Shown: positions 39,917 through 50,973 of the stretch, one piece after another
Numbering within the stretch: the stretch's first letter is position 1
Layout: every line of letters begins with the position of its first letter
IMG/VR virus record: IMGVR_UViG_3300038415_000014
Location: 119,534-183,533 of that record
Origin: a virus
DNA length: 64,000 nt
Strand: one strand, 5' to 3'
Program-made: the position numbers and the translations under genes
The notes under the pieces: generated by a model
Told to the model about the DNA's origin: nothing
Databases searched by the model: none
Seen by the model: the letters and a program-made list of their open reading frames with translations, nothing else

Positions 39917-40894
39917 TTAGGTCGCAAGTTCGTACACAGCCAATTCAACGAGGGTTCTTCGGTGGCTAGTACGTTTCAGCTCTACATCTAATCTGGATAG
40001 CATCTTCATATTGCTGATTAGACCTGCGGTTGTCTGCCTCTCAGCTTGAGGCAGAACGGTCTTGCTGAAGCGATACGGGTGCATCCCCAAACGACCAGCT
40101 ATCTCGTCGTTAGGGACCCCCTTGTCCAGCATCGAACGGGCTACGAATAGCCTCTCTACACCTTTGATCAAAGCACCCAAAATCATGAGAGATGGGTCCT
40201 CTGGAGCATATTTGAAGACCTTGGCTACTTGGTTCAAGGCCCTCTTCCAATTCTTCAAAAATACTGAGTCAGCTATGTCCCAGGACGCTGTGTTGTCTGA
40301 GGGGGCCATGACTAGATCCAAGTGCTTTCGCGTGACTTCCCCGTTATTCACTAGTAGCTTGAGCTTGTGAAGCTCACTCGACAGACGATACAGGTCATCC
40401 CCCGCTACCTGGAACATGATCAGAGCGATGGATCGATCAACCTTCAATCCAATTCTAGCTGATTCACTTAGGACCCACTTCACAACCTCGTTGTCGCTCT
40501 CCCATGTCTTGAACTTCTTGTACTCTCGAAAGACAGCCTTCGGCCCGAGCTTTGCCCAAGCCCCAGTGACTGAAGCTGTTCGAAAGATCCCAACCAAGAT
40601 TGCAGATAAATCCTTGGCGTTCAGGTTATCCAAGTATGACTTGAGGGACTTGTCGAGCTTTACCTTCTGAGCATTATCAACAATGACTAGGTTGTTCGGC
40701 GAGTTGTCCAGGTCGTCGAAGTTGATCTGAGTTGATACACACACAGTCACAATCTTAGATCCACTTACCTCGGAACCATCCAAGTGAGTGATGGCATACC
40801 CGGGAGCCTTGCCAAACATCTTGAGATCTCGGTCTAGGAAGAATGGCTCTTCCCCAAAAGACACGACTACCGGGGTGGTGAATCGAAATGCCAT
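39917..40894 (-). CDS. holA: DNA polymerase III delta subunit-like
   Basis: SFGEEPFF N-terminus, GDDLYRLSSELHKL, collar helices. Confidence 0.75.
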   Translation of the reverse strand: MAFRFTTPVVVSFGEEPFFLDRDLKMFGKAPGYAITHLDGSEVSGSKIVTVCVSTQINFDDLDNSPNNLVIVDNAQKVKLDKSLKSYLDNLNAKDLSAILVGIFRTASVTGAWAKLGPKAVFREYKKFKTWESDNEVVKWVLSESARIGLKVDRSIALIMFQVAGDDLYRLSSELHKLKLLVNNGEVTRKHLDLVMAPSDNTASWDIADSVFLKNWKRALNQVAKVFKYAPEDPSLMILGALIKGVERLFVARSMLDKGVPNDEIAGRLGMHPYRFSKTVLPQAERQTTAGLISNMKMLSRLDVELKRTSHRRTLVELAVYELAT

Positions 40895-40897
40895 AGT

Positions 40898-41893
40898 TCA
40901 CCCACCACAGAAGGCTAAAGCTAGCGCGGACTTCAACTGAAACCCAAGGTTAACGTATGCAGACTCATTCCGTTCGTTTACTATACGCAGGCCCTCCCAT
41001 AGGTTGTTCCAAACAGGGAGCTTTACGCGGGATCTCATAGAAGACAACTCTTCCTCGACGTCCTGGTTAACGACTCTGGACTGGTCGACACCGCCCACAA
41101 GAACATCATGCACTAGGAAGATCAGGAACTTGAGAGCAAGGTTCAGTTCCTTGCTCACCTCGTCAACTACTGCGAATGCAGATGATACGTCTCCCTTAGC
41201 GCTGGATTCCAACATGGTAAGCGCACGATCTCTTAATGTGAGGCGATTAGCGCCCCAATACTTTATGGCCCGGCCTACCGAACCTTCACTTAGGCGAGCG
41301 TAAACAAGTGCTTTAGATGGGTCCCTCTCGAACTCAGAGATCCGCTGTAAAACAAATGATTCTGGAAGCCGCCTAAAGTTTACCCGACCACATCTGGATC
41401 GAATGGTGGGTATAACCCTATCGTATGATTCTGCTAGAAGAAAGAACCTGGACAACGCAGGCGGCTCTTCTAATCTCTTCAAAATAGCGTTAGCTGCTGG
41501 GATGGTCATTCTATCCACACCGTCTATGACAAAGAACCTGTGTGGGGCAGAGATTGGGTAAATCACCGAGAGTGCTAGCATCTCGCGTACTGGGTCAATC
41601 CCAATTTCCTTGTCCTCTTGGGGGGTGATGGTCACCACATCAGGATGGGTACCATTCTTGACCTGAATAGCCTCGGGGCTACCAACCCCCCTCTTGGCCA
41701 TTACCATTTCTAGTATGACCTGGTTAACTGAGGACCGTCTACCAGTCCCCTCATCACCGATCAGTAGTAGTGGCTTGTCCACACTACCATCTACGAATCG
41801 ACGAAGGTACTTAACAGCGTCTTCTTGGCCGACTATATCATCTAACACTTTCCACCGAAGGCGGGAGGGATAGCTCGTATTTCTTAGGATCAA
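40898..41893 (-). CDS. holB: DNA polymerase III delta-prime subunit-like
   Basis: IVGQEDA, GDEGTG, HPDV, ANAILKRLEEPP, TIRSRC. Confidence 0.85.
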   Translation of the reverse strand: MILRNTSYPSRLRWKVLDDIVGQEDAVKYLRRFVDGSVDKPLLLIGDEGTGRRSSVNQVILEMVMAKRGVGSPEAIQVKNGTHPDVVTITPQEDKEIGIDPVREMLALSVIYPISAPHRFFVIDGVDRMTIPAANAILKRLEEPPALSRFFLLAESYDRVIPTIRSRCGRVNFRRLPESFVLQRISEFERDPSKALVYARLSEGSVGRAIKYWGANRLTLRDRALTMLESSAKGDVSSAFAVVDEVSKELNLALKFLIFLVHDVLVGGVDQSRVVNQDVEEELSSMRSRVKLPVWNNLWEGLRIVNERNESAYVNLGFQLKSALALAFCGG

Positions 41894-42035
41894 TTGGGTT
41901 TAAGAACACACAAACTCTGTAGTTCTGACCACACTTCACACAAACTAATCGTGTGACTTCCTGACCGCTTGATCCGAGATGGCCTCCGCAGCCTTCTTGG
42001 GTACACCGCATAACCCCTAGTACGGGATCGCTCAT
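41838..42035 (-). CDS. Small Zn-ribbon protein
   Basis: CTQEGC...CVKC, 65 aa. Confidence 0.5.
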   Translation of the reverse strand: MSDPVLGVMRCTQEGCGGHLGSSGQEVTRLVCVKCGQNYRVCVFLNPIDPKKYELSLPPSVESVR

Positions 42036-42060
42036 ATATTAGGGCCCATCTAGTGGTCTA

Positions 42061-42297
42061 CTAGAAAGATGCAAAACCACCAGTTGGAACTCCCCAAACA
42101 TGATTACACTCAACGCATTGATACATTCTGTTGTGAGGCGCTCCTTGAGTTTCATTCAGGGGTTGCTTGTTCAACTCAACAGCTCTGACTGATTTGCACC
42201 TTTGATTCTTGCACTTCAAGTGAATGATCTCGGGTTCGTTTGGCTTTCTGTTAGCCAAGCCTGGGGTTACGCCTGTTGCATCGAATCTATTTGGCAT
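42061..42297 (-). CDS. Small Zn-ribbon protein (TFIIS/RPB9-like cysteine spacing)
   Basis: CKNQRC...MYQCVECNHVW, 78 aa. Confidence 0.55.
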   Translation of the reverse strand: MPNRFDATGVTPGLANRKPNEPEIIHLKCKNQRCKSVRAVELNKQPLNETQGAPHNRMYQCVECNHVWGVPTGGFASF

Positions 42298-42305
42298 CTT
42301 GATAC

Positions 42306-42704
42306 CTAGGGTGCTTGAGGAAACTCTATAGTGAACAACTCGTTGAGGACGTTGAGGATCCGCTGATACAACTCACTGGTCTGATCGATGGTAGTAGCAT
42401 CAGACAAGACTGAGGATTGAGCCACGAACAGCGTTGGCTCAGGGTAGAGTGTAGAATCGAAGAACCCGTTCGTAACGTACGGGAGGATCTTGACCCAATC
42501 ATCCCCTCTGATGACAACGTCGAGGACTCCAGGGTTGAACAGCCGAACATAGGTGACCTCGTTTAGTACACCTGTTACGACTTGGGCCTGATGATGGTAG
42601 TAAGCCGCAAGGGCTCGCGCCACTTCCGGAGTATCAACCCTGGTGAGCTTTACTAGACGCTTACCCGCTACCTCAAACAGCCTTTGGTCCACAACTAGGA
42701 CCAA
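42306..42704 (-). CDS. Hypothetical protein
   Basis: 132-aa ORF. Confidence 0.5.
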   Translation of the reverse strand: MVLVVDQRLFEVAGKRLVKLTRVDTPEVARALAAYYHHQAQVVTGVLNEVTYVRLFNPGVLDVVIRGDDWVKILPYVTNGFFDSTLYPEPTLFVAQSSVLSDATTIDQTSELYQRILNVLNELFTIEFPQAP

Positions 42705-42722
42705 GGATAACTACTTCCTCAA

Positions 42723-44426
<1,704 letters not shown>

Positions 44427-44430
44427 TTAC

Positions 44431-44820
44431 TTACTGTTTTTCTGCTGACCTAACCACCGACTCAATCTCATTCGGGTCTAAATCTAGCGGATCTGACGGA
44501 CCAAATGACTTAGAGTATGCGATGTCGTGGACCCTCTGAGAGTTCAAATCTCCACTCCGACGAACCCATAGGCTTGCTTCCGATACCTTGTGGTGCTGAC
44601 TCTCTGCCCAACCCAAGGCGTCTAGGAGCACCAATTGGGCTGTAATTCTAGAACCAGACCAGACCTCTACCCCCTCAGGATTGAGGATTGAGGCCACCCA
44701 AGACATCTGGTCCTCGGCTGAACCAAACCGGAAAGTCCAGTTTGGTTTCAACCGAAGGATGACCTCATCCCTGATCCGCTCTTCATCCCAAGTAGCAGCT
44801 TCTTCAATATCAAGGCTCAT
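44431..44820 (-). CDS. Hypothetical protein
   Basis: 129-aa ORF. Confidence 0.5.
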   Translation of the reverse strand: MSLDIEEAATWDEERIRDEVILRLKPNWTFRFGSAEDQMSWVASILNPEGVEVWSGSRITAQLVLLDALGWAESQHHKVSEASLWVRRSGDLNSQRVHDIAYSKSFGPSDPLDLDPNEIESVVRSAEKQ

Positions 44821-45425
44821 ACGCTCACCAGACCCAAGTCAGTGGCCAACTCGACATTCTCTGGAAAGTCGAACCGGCGCTCATTTAGGCAATCCCCAAT
44901 AGTGAGTTCGGGAGCCATCTTCACCTGCCGGTCATAGAGAACCAAGTAGACAGCAGCAGCTAAGTTCACGCAATGGCGAGTAGGGATAACCACGAATTGA
45001 TGGCAATTTCTAAGCATGACCTGCGGGATAGAGCCATCCTCAGGGCCAAAGATGTACAGAGCCTTTGCTGGGTGAACAAATGCTGGTAATGCCTCAGCAT
45101 TTGGGCGAAGCTCAATGGCTACCGGAACCGTGTCAGCTGGGAACTGATCGAAGAAGTGGTCAAACTGTATCAGATCAACGTCCTTGTAGCCCTTCATCCG
45201 CTCCTCGCGCGGGAGGCGCCTGCGTTTCTCAAGGTCCAAGGACATCCGATCCCCAGTGAACCAAACCTGGTTGACCCCAAAACAAGAGGAAGCCCTAACC
45301 GCGGCCCCAACGTTGTGAGGAAACCTTGGGTTTACAAGAGCTACGGCCGGAGTCCTACCGAGCTGCTTCGAGTTCTTGCCATAAATCTCAGGCTTGGTAC
45401 TCTTTGATGTACTTAGGGTCGACAT
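44817..45425 (-). CDS. SpoU/TrmH-family RNA 2'-O-methyltransferase
   Basis: NPRFPHNVGAAVR, IFGPEDG, CVNLAAA SPOUT motifs. Confidence 0.85.
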   Translation of the reverse strand: MSTLSTSKSTKPEIYGKNSKQLGRTPAVALVNPRFPHNVGAAVRASSCFGVNQVWFTGDRMSLDLEKRRRLPREERMKGYKDVDLIQFDHFFDQFPADTVPVAIELRPNAEALPAFVHPAKALYIFGPEDGSIPQVMLRNCHQFVVIPTRHCVNLAAAVYLVLYDRQVKMAPELTIGDCLNERRFDFPENVELATDLGLVSV

Positions 45426-45924
45426 AATCCGTCAACCATACACCATTTCCCGTCAGAAAAAACTTGATTCCAGAATCGGACATGACTTTCGAGTTCACAG
45501 TCAGGATCACCGGCTTAGGCCTTCGGCGCGCTACCGCCTCAGCGGTCTTCACATCCGGGGACATGTGCACATGATGCCGGAGCATCTTCTTGATCCCATC
45601 TCGGAGGATCACCGGTACCGTTTGGCGGGAGGTCCCGTGATACAGAATATCCGGTGGGAAAGCCTCAGGGTACCCAAGATCAACATCAACCGAATGTCCT
45701 TGGCGGGCTCGAATGAACATCCCGTCCACAGAATACTCGAACCGGTTCTTGTTGTTCTCAGCTACGACCTGGTCAAGCTCCTCCTTCGCGAGGTTCATCG
45801 ACAACAGCAGGGAGGATACTGAAGCCCAACCTGCCTCCGTTAGCGTGATGCCAGCCTTCTCCGGATGGTGTCGGAGGATACTGCTCAAGTGCTTGCTCTT
45901 ACGAACGAGTTGGTCGGGTGTCAT
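45388..45924 (-). CDS. kptA: RNA 2'-phosphotransferase Tpt1/KptA
   Basis: LSSILRH, RARQGHS, LYHGT, HVHMS. Confidence 0.93.
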   Translation of the reverse strand: MTPDQLVRKSKHLSSILRHHPEKAGITLTEAGWASVSSLLLSMNLAKEELDQVVAENNKNRFEYSVDGMFIRARQGHSVDVDLGYPEAFPPDILYHGTSRQTVPVILRDGIKKMLRHHVHMSPDVKTAEAVARRRPKPVILTVNSKVMSDSGIKFFLTGNGVWLTDYVDPKYIKEYQA

Positions 45925-47328
45925 TCAATCCAGTCCCTTGATATTTGCCACTGGGTACAATCGATGGGCAACCTTTGCCACATTGTTAATTTCGAGGACC
46001 CTTAGAACCTCGTCCAGGTCCTTATAGGCATGCCCGCACTCGTCGATAGGAGTATGCTCGTGATTTCCCACGATACCATCGATGGTAACCCCAGCGAACC
46101 TGCGTTGGATGGTTCTCATCTCCTCGTCAATTCCCAGCTGATTATGCTCTAACGCTCTCTTGGCCTCACTACGAGCCATCTTCCTACCAGATCCATGATT
46201 GACGGAGCAAGCAGTTTGATAGGCCCCTGGTTCGGCAAAGAGGATGGCTGCTCCCGCCAGCATCGATCCTGGGATCAAACAAGGGTGTCCCGTGGCCTCC
46301 CACTTAGTTCCAACCAGGTCAGGGTGTCCTGCCGGAAAGGCGCGGGTCGCCCCCTTACGATGGACGAACCCACGCTTCGTGGTCCCATCGGGGAGAACCA
46401 GTGTTTCACTCTGAACAAGGTTATGCGAGATCTCATAGTATACCTCGGAGTCCGCGTTAAATACCTCTTGGAGAGCTTCCTGAACCCCACGAACAATGAT
46501 GTGGCGGTTCGCTATGGCAAAGTTGGCCGCACTGTTGTGGTAGGCCCAATACTCTTTACCGAGAGGCTCGTCGATATAAAGCCAGGAATCCTCACGACAA
46601 TCCGAGGATAGCCCTCGAAGACGAGCCCCCTCGTAGAAGTAGTGATTGGCAGTCTGATGCCCATAACCACGAGATCCACAGTGGATCATCACGAAGACCT
46701 CGCCGGTGTCTCGGTCCACCTGCATCTCTACGAAGTGATTCCCTCCTCCCACTGAACCTAGCTGAGGAACTACCTTAGCATAGGCCACTTCAATCTTAGT
46801 GAAGTCAAGATCCTGAGGTACTGGAATAAACTGACGTTCGCAGAGATTAGCGGGAATACCAAGAGCCTTGGCCCCATATCGAAGTATCTCCTGAGCTTTC
46901 TTGTGATCAAAAACGGGCATTAACTTTGGACGAGCATACCCATTCCCAGTCGCAATTCGCTTCTCAACTTCCTGTACCCACTTCTCGCGCTTACTCCAAC
47001 TCATGACCTCATTTGCCGTGAGGTGGACCTTCATGTATAGGACCCCGCACGAGATGTCATACCCTGATCCAGCCTGAAGTATCGTATTCTCGGTCACAAG
47101 AACACAACCAACGGGGACCCCAAAACCAGGATGGCCGTCGGGCATCAAGTAGGCCCCAATAATACCATCGTAAGACGCACCACTGGCCAGTTGACCCCAG
47201 AGGTTTTCTTCACTGGCCTCGTACAAGTCTTCCGAGAAAAAGGCATGAGCATCCACCCTCATCGTCCCGCAGCGCGGAAGGACGTAGTGGGCCTCACCAA
47301 CCTTTTGGGCATGGTACTTGAATGACAT
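45925..47328 (-). CDS. rtcB: RNA ligase RtcB
   Basis: GYDISCG, GGGNHFVE, IHCGSRG, SHN, VHRKGAT, PGSM, NHGSGR, DEC..AYK. Confidence 0.95.
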   Translation of the reverse strand: MSFKYHAQKVGEAHYVLPRCGTMRVDAHAFFSEDLYEASEENLWGQLASGASYDGIIGAYLMPDGHPGFGVPVGCVLVTENTILQAGSGYDISCGVLYMKVHLTANEVMSWSKREKWVQEVEKRIATGNGYARPKLMPVFDHKKAQEILRYGAKALGIPANLCERQFIPVPQDLDFTKIEVAYAKVVPQLGSVGGGNHFVEMQVDRDTGEVFVMIHCGSRGYGHQTANHYFYEGARLRGLSSDCREDSWLYIDEPLGKEYWAYHNSAANFAIANRHIIVRGVQEALQEVFNADSEVYYEISHNLVQSETLVLPDGTTKRGFVHRKGATRAFPAGHPDLVGTKWEATGHPCLIPGSMLAGAAILFAEPGAYQTACSVNHGSGRKMARSEAKRALEHNQLGIDEEMRTIQRRFAGVTIDGIVGNHEHTPIDECGHAYKDLDEVLRVLEINNVAKVAHRLYPVANIKGLD

Positions 47329-47345
47329 TTTAGTGACTACACCGG

Positions 47346-47906
47346 TTAGCGGTTCAGATTTTCCTGAAGAATGCGGCAGAAGAGAGCGCCCTGTTCGATT
47401 GCGTCGTCAACGGCCACATGCGTATGTTTCGGGAGACCCTGGAACCAACGTTTTGGCATGTTCCTCTTAGTACTCCCTCTGAAGGGGGTCTTGAGGACAG
47501 CCATGGCAAAGGACTTGATGTCCAACGCCGAGAATGAGAATGGGCTTGAACCAACGAATCTTATGAGGTACCAGTAGGTGAACAAAAAGTCGTAGGTAGC
47601 GGGGTATCCAACGAAGACAGGAGTACCTGGTATCTGCCCAACCCAACCAACAAAGGAGGTCATTGCCTTCTTGGGTGGTTGAGGATCCTTACGACACTCT
47701 GCCCATTGTTTGGGTCTCTCGGACCACCACTGCATAGTGTCAGGATCACCCTGAGCACCAGGGAGGGCTGCTAGGTTGACTGAGAAGGTACTAACCAACT
47801 TTTCATTGGGTAAGTATGCAGCAGCTCCAAGGCTGAGCATTGAATTTGGGCCCGGTATGGGGCCATCCGACTCTATGTCGGTTGATATGTAGACTTCGCT
47901 ATTCAC
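47346..47906 (-). CDS. DEDDh 3'-5' exoribonuclease (Rv2179c-like)
   Basis: [25 protein letters not shown]. Confidence 0.8.
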   Translation of the reverse strand: MNSEVYISTDIESDGPIPGPNSMLSLGAAAYLPNEKLVSTFSVNLAALPGAQGDPDTMQWWSERPKQWAECRKDPQPPKKAMTSFVGWVGQIPGTPVFVGYPATYDFLFTYWYLIRFVGSSPFSFSALDIKSFAMAVLKTPFRGSTKRNMPKRWFQGLPKHTHVAVDDAIEQGALFCRILQENLNR

Positions 47907-47926
47907 TAGGGTGAGTTACACCAATG

Positions 47927-47953
47927 AAAAGGGCCCGGGAGTTACCCGAGCCC
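47927..47953 (-). terminator. Rho-independent terminator after the vWA gene
   Basis: GGGCTCGGG-TAACT-CCCGGGCCC followed by TTTT. Confidence 0.7.
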
Positions 47954-47975
47954 CTCTGTCACTCACCAGGAACGA

Positions 47976-49478
47976 TTACCACTGATTGCTTCGGCGCTTG
48001 GATAGTGTGGTCTTCACCGATTCCTCGACCTTTGGGGTGGCTAGCCCATCTGTACCAGGCGGATTGCCAAAGATGTTTCCCATAGAAGGGTTGATGACAA
48101 CCCCAGGCTGGACGTCGACGTCCCCAACATGAGGCTCTTCCATGAAGCTCCGCATCAGGGACTCTTGAGCATCAGTTGTGTCACTGATCCCAAGAGACGC
48201 TAGACACTTCACATCATCATCGGCAAGAGCGGAGGCCGCACGAGCCCGATTCAGACCCCGGTTCATGCCCATACGACTACCAGCACTCGCAGCATAGACA
48301 TGATGATCCGTGTACTTTGAGCGTAGACTACGAGAGGCTGCTGCTACCCCGACAACACCCCGTGTTGCGAAGTCTTGGCCAGCGCTATCAAACAACAAGG
48401 CTGCCCCAGCATAGTTACCCGCTTGAGCGGCTACCTCAGCTTGATTCTGAATCTGAAGCAACTGAGCCCGAGCTACTAACTCATCCACTTCCTTGGTGGG
48501 GGTGGTCTGCTCCTCGCCAGCCTTAACAAACTGGACCTTGGCGTTCCCCTCCACAGTTTCGAGCTTCATCTTTCCATCGGACCCGAGAACCTGGAATGAG
48601 AGCTTAGCGCCGATAGCATTGACCTGCCGAGGACCAGCATGCTTCTGGGCAGCGAGCTTAGCCTTGATGACGACGTCAATGGTCTCCTCGGACAAGATGT
48701 GGGGGATCTTTACTCTGGCCTCCCCAACAATCTCTTCAACATCGAAATCGGATACGATCTCAAGTACTTGATTACCATCATGGGGAGTCAGCTGGATGAT
48801 GAGATCCTGAGCGTAGGTGCTCAGGAGCCCGCCAAGTTCCTTGCCAAAGGCCCCGAGCGCCGAGTCTGGGTCCTGTATGAAGGCGTAGTTACCTTCACCC
48901 GCGGTTGCCAGGGCATTCAGCAGCTCCTGTTTGGCATCCGAGCCGTACCCAAAGGCCGAGATAGTGATCTTCCCGCGCTGCTTAGTAATGATACTGGAGA
49001 GCCCTTCGACCGTGGTGACTCCAACGTTGGGCTGCCCATCCGTGAAGAGGATGATACGAGTGATCGTGGTATCTCCCAGATCCAACCCGGAGACAGCCTC
49101 AAGTGCTTTGACGAGACCCCCAGAGAGGAAAGTGTTCCCGGTATCACTGTAGTTGCTGACAACCTTCTTGGCCCTCAACTTGGCCTCCGGAGTCATCTTC
49201 TCCGGCGGGAAGTCGATGGTCGAGTCGGTGGCAAAGCTCACCAGACCCAAGGTGTCGTCCGCCGTGAGGTGGTCGATCAACTTGAGTAAGGACCGCTTCG
49301 TGTACTCCATCTTCTGCCCTCGCATTGACCCAGAACGATCAACAGCGGGGATGATGCACAACGGTGGTCGGGATGTTTGCCAGTCGCTCTTGGGAGCGGT
49401 AACCGAGATGACCAGATGGAGATCAGTTGTTTGGTCAAAACGAACTTTTTCAAACGTAAATTGCGGCTTTAATAGCAT
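47976..49478 (-). CDS. von Willebrand factor A domain protein
   Basis: MIDAS DRSGS, GNT, FTDG; start placed at MLLKPQF. Confidence 0.85.
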   Translation of the reverse strand: MLLKPQFTFEKVRFDQTTDLHLVISVTAPKSDWQTSRPPLCIIPAVDRSGSMRGQKMEYTKRSLLKLIDHLTADDTLGLVSFATDSTIDFPPEKMTPEAKLRAKKVVSNYSDTGNTFLSGGLVKALEAVSGLDLGDTTITRIILFTDGQPNVGVTTVEGLSSIITKQRGKITISAFGYGSDAKQELLNALATAGEGNYAFIQDPDSALGAFGKELGGLLSTYAQDLIIQLTPHDGNQVLEIVSDFDVEEIVGEARVKIPHILSEETIDVVIKAKLAAQKHAGPRQVNAIGAKLSFQVLGSDGKMKLETVEGNAKVQFVKAGEEQTTPTKEVDELVARAQLLQIQNQAEVAAQAGNYAGAALLFDSAGQDFATRGVVGVAAASRSLRSKYTDHHVYAASAGSRMGMNRGLNRARAASALADDDVKCLASLGISDTTDAQESLMRSFMEEPHVGDVDVQPGVVINPSMGNIFGNPPGTDGLATPKVEESVKTTLSKRRSNQW

Positions 49479-49602
49479 GGTACATACTCTCGCGTAACTT
49501 GAGGTGGTTGGACACTTCTCCCAAATCCAAACAGTTTCAGTTAGGTCCGAGACTTTGCCCAAGCTACTAGAGCGCGGCTACGTCTTTTAAGAGACCCAAG
49601 CG

Positions 49603-49833
49603 TTAGCGCGGTCTCGGTCTCTCGTTATACACCAGAGGGGGGTCGGGGAGTAGAAAAATAATCTCGGTCGAGTCCAAAAGAATTTGAACCAAGCACCGAA
49701 TACAGCAAGGTTCTACACTGTCAGTAGAAACCTGTAGCATGGCTATCTTTCGACCTCGAACCAAGCGCTCCTTGCATTGACAGCAAGTCACTTCCAGTTC
49801 GACAATTTCCAGTGTTGCTCGTCTAGTAAGCAA
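49603..49833 (-). CDS. Possible small Zn-finger protein
   Basis: CCQC...CCIRC, 76 aa. Confidence 0.35.
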   Translation of the reverse strand: MLTRRATLEIVELEVTCCQCKERLVRGRKIAMLQVSTDSVEPCCIRCLVQILLDSTEIIFLLPDPPLVYNERPRPR

Positions 49834-49859
49834 TGGAGCTATGCTAGAGCGATTTCAAA

Positions 49860-49893
49860 AGAAGAAAGGAGGCCTCTGACCCCAGAGGCCTCC
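49860..49893 (-). terminator. Rho-independent terminator after the HNH gene
   Basis: 11-bp stem GGAGGCCTCTG/CAGAGGCCTCC followed by TTTCTTCTTTT. Confidence 0.85.
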
Positions 49894-49901
49894 CAACCAC
49901 C

Positions 49902-50465
49902 CTATGCAGCCGAGGATGCTACTAGGTAGTATCCCGTCCCGTGCTGCTGAGCACGGGACCAATCCAAATAAGGTTCCCACACAGAGGGTACCCTATTTGA
50001 ATCCAAGTAGACCGCATGTAACGGGAGTGAGTGTGGTTTGGCGGGTTTTCGGATCAACTTCATACCCGCTTGCTCAGGCGTACGACTCGCCTTTAACTCA
50101 TTGCATGGGTAACAACACGTGACGATGTTCTCCCAATTGGTTTTACCACCCTGCTTACGCGGGACAACATGGTCGTAGTTCAGATCACGCATCGAGTTCC
50201 GCTGACCACAATACTGACACCTGAACCCATCACGGGTGAAGACATTGATGCGGGAGAACTTGACACCCTTCTTAACTGTAGCCACTTGATGCTTGAGCTG
50301 AAGGACTGCCGGGATAAAGTACGCAATCGAGGGTGAACTAACTATCTCGTCGTATTCCTCCAGAACAGTTGCCTTATCCTGGTAAACCAGGCATATAGCT
50401 TCGTCCCATGGTATGATCGCATGGGGCATCGCCCAAGAATTAAGAAGTAATGTTCGAGTTTCCAT
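49902..50465 (-). CDS. HNH endonuclease (McrA-like)
   Basis: FSRINVFTRDGFRCQYC, DHVVP, WENIVTCCYPCN. Confidence 0.9.
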   Translation of the reverse strand: METRTLLLNSWAMPHAIIPWDEAICLVYQDKATVLEEYDEIVSSPSIAYFIPAVLQLKHQVATVKKGVKFSRINVFTRDGFRCQYCGQRNSMRDLNYDHVVPRKQGGKTNWENIVTCCYPCNELKASRTPEQAGMKLIRKPAKPHSLPLHAVYLDSNRVPSVWEPYLDWSRAQQHGTGYYLVASSAA

Positions 50466-50474
50466 GGTGCACCT

Positions 50475-50498
50475 TTACCTACGCCTTCGCCTTTTCAT
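50475..50498 (-). CDS. Minigene / leader peptide MKRRRRR
   Basis: ATG AAA AGG CGA AGG CGT AGG TAA, with GGAG 8 nt upstream; ends 9 nt before the HNH ATG. Confidence 0.55.
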   Translation of the reverse strand: MKRRRRR

Positions 50499-50538
50499 GA
50501 TGTTTTCTCCAAAGTGATTACACACAAGAATTAAACAC

Positions 50539-50562
50539 CGAAGCCCCCGTGAGGAGGCTTCG
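50539..50562 (-). terminator. Hairpin immediately 3' of tmRNA
   Basis: CGAAGCC...GGCTTCG stem, then GTGTTTAATTCTT. Confidence 0.6.
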
Positions 50563-50563
50563 T

Positions 50564-50915
50564 TGGTGGAAGTGCGGGGAATCGAACCCCGGTCCGTCAG
50601 CTGTCTGGTATCTCTCTCATTCACGTGTGTAGTTGCCATGTCCCTGGCAACTGAGTTCGTGGATTCGGCCTACGACCTATCTCCCTGTTTCTCTCACCTC
50701 TGCCCCGGGAGCCCGGAACATCAGCCAGCCTTCGTGGTTTACAATCCTACCCACTACCAAGACAATCTTGCGGGGGACCGGCTACTGCTTATTAGGCAGC
50801 GGCAGCGAGAGCATTGTCGTTTGCAACTATGCTTTTCTCGATTGGTCAAAAAGCGGGTCGAGAGCCGCTTACACGCGAAAGATCCTTTCCTCCAACGTCG
50901 AAACCGATCACTCCC
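50564..50915 (-). ncRNA. ssrA: tmRNA; tag (A)ANDNALAAAA
   Basis: 5' GGGAGTGATCGGTTTCGAC, 3' GGGGTTCGATTCCCCGCACTTCCACCA with G3.U70; resume context TAGTT GCA AAC GAC...TAA TAA. Confidence 0.97.
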
Positions 50916-50973
50916 ATGAGTCGATGACTGCTACGCATCCCAGCAAAGGGTAATCACAACCACCGACCTTTGG

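Noticed and set aside
47976-49478. vWA protein as the Ro60 partner
   Set aside because: The vWA domain is N-terminal and there is no TROVE helical-repeat region; Ro60 is TROVE followed by vWA
50563-50953. Plus-strand ORFs over tmRNA and many short ORFs over tRNAs or antisense to long genes
   Set aside because: Shadow frames of RNA genes or of well-supported minus-strand CDSs
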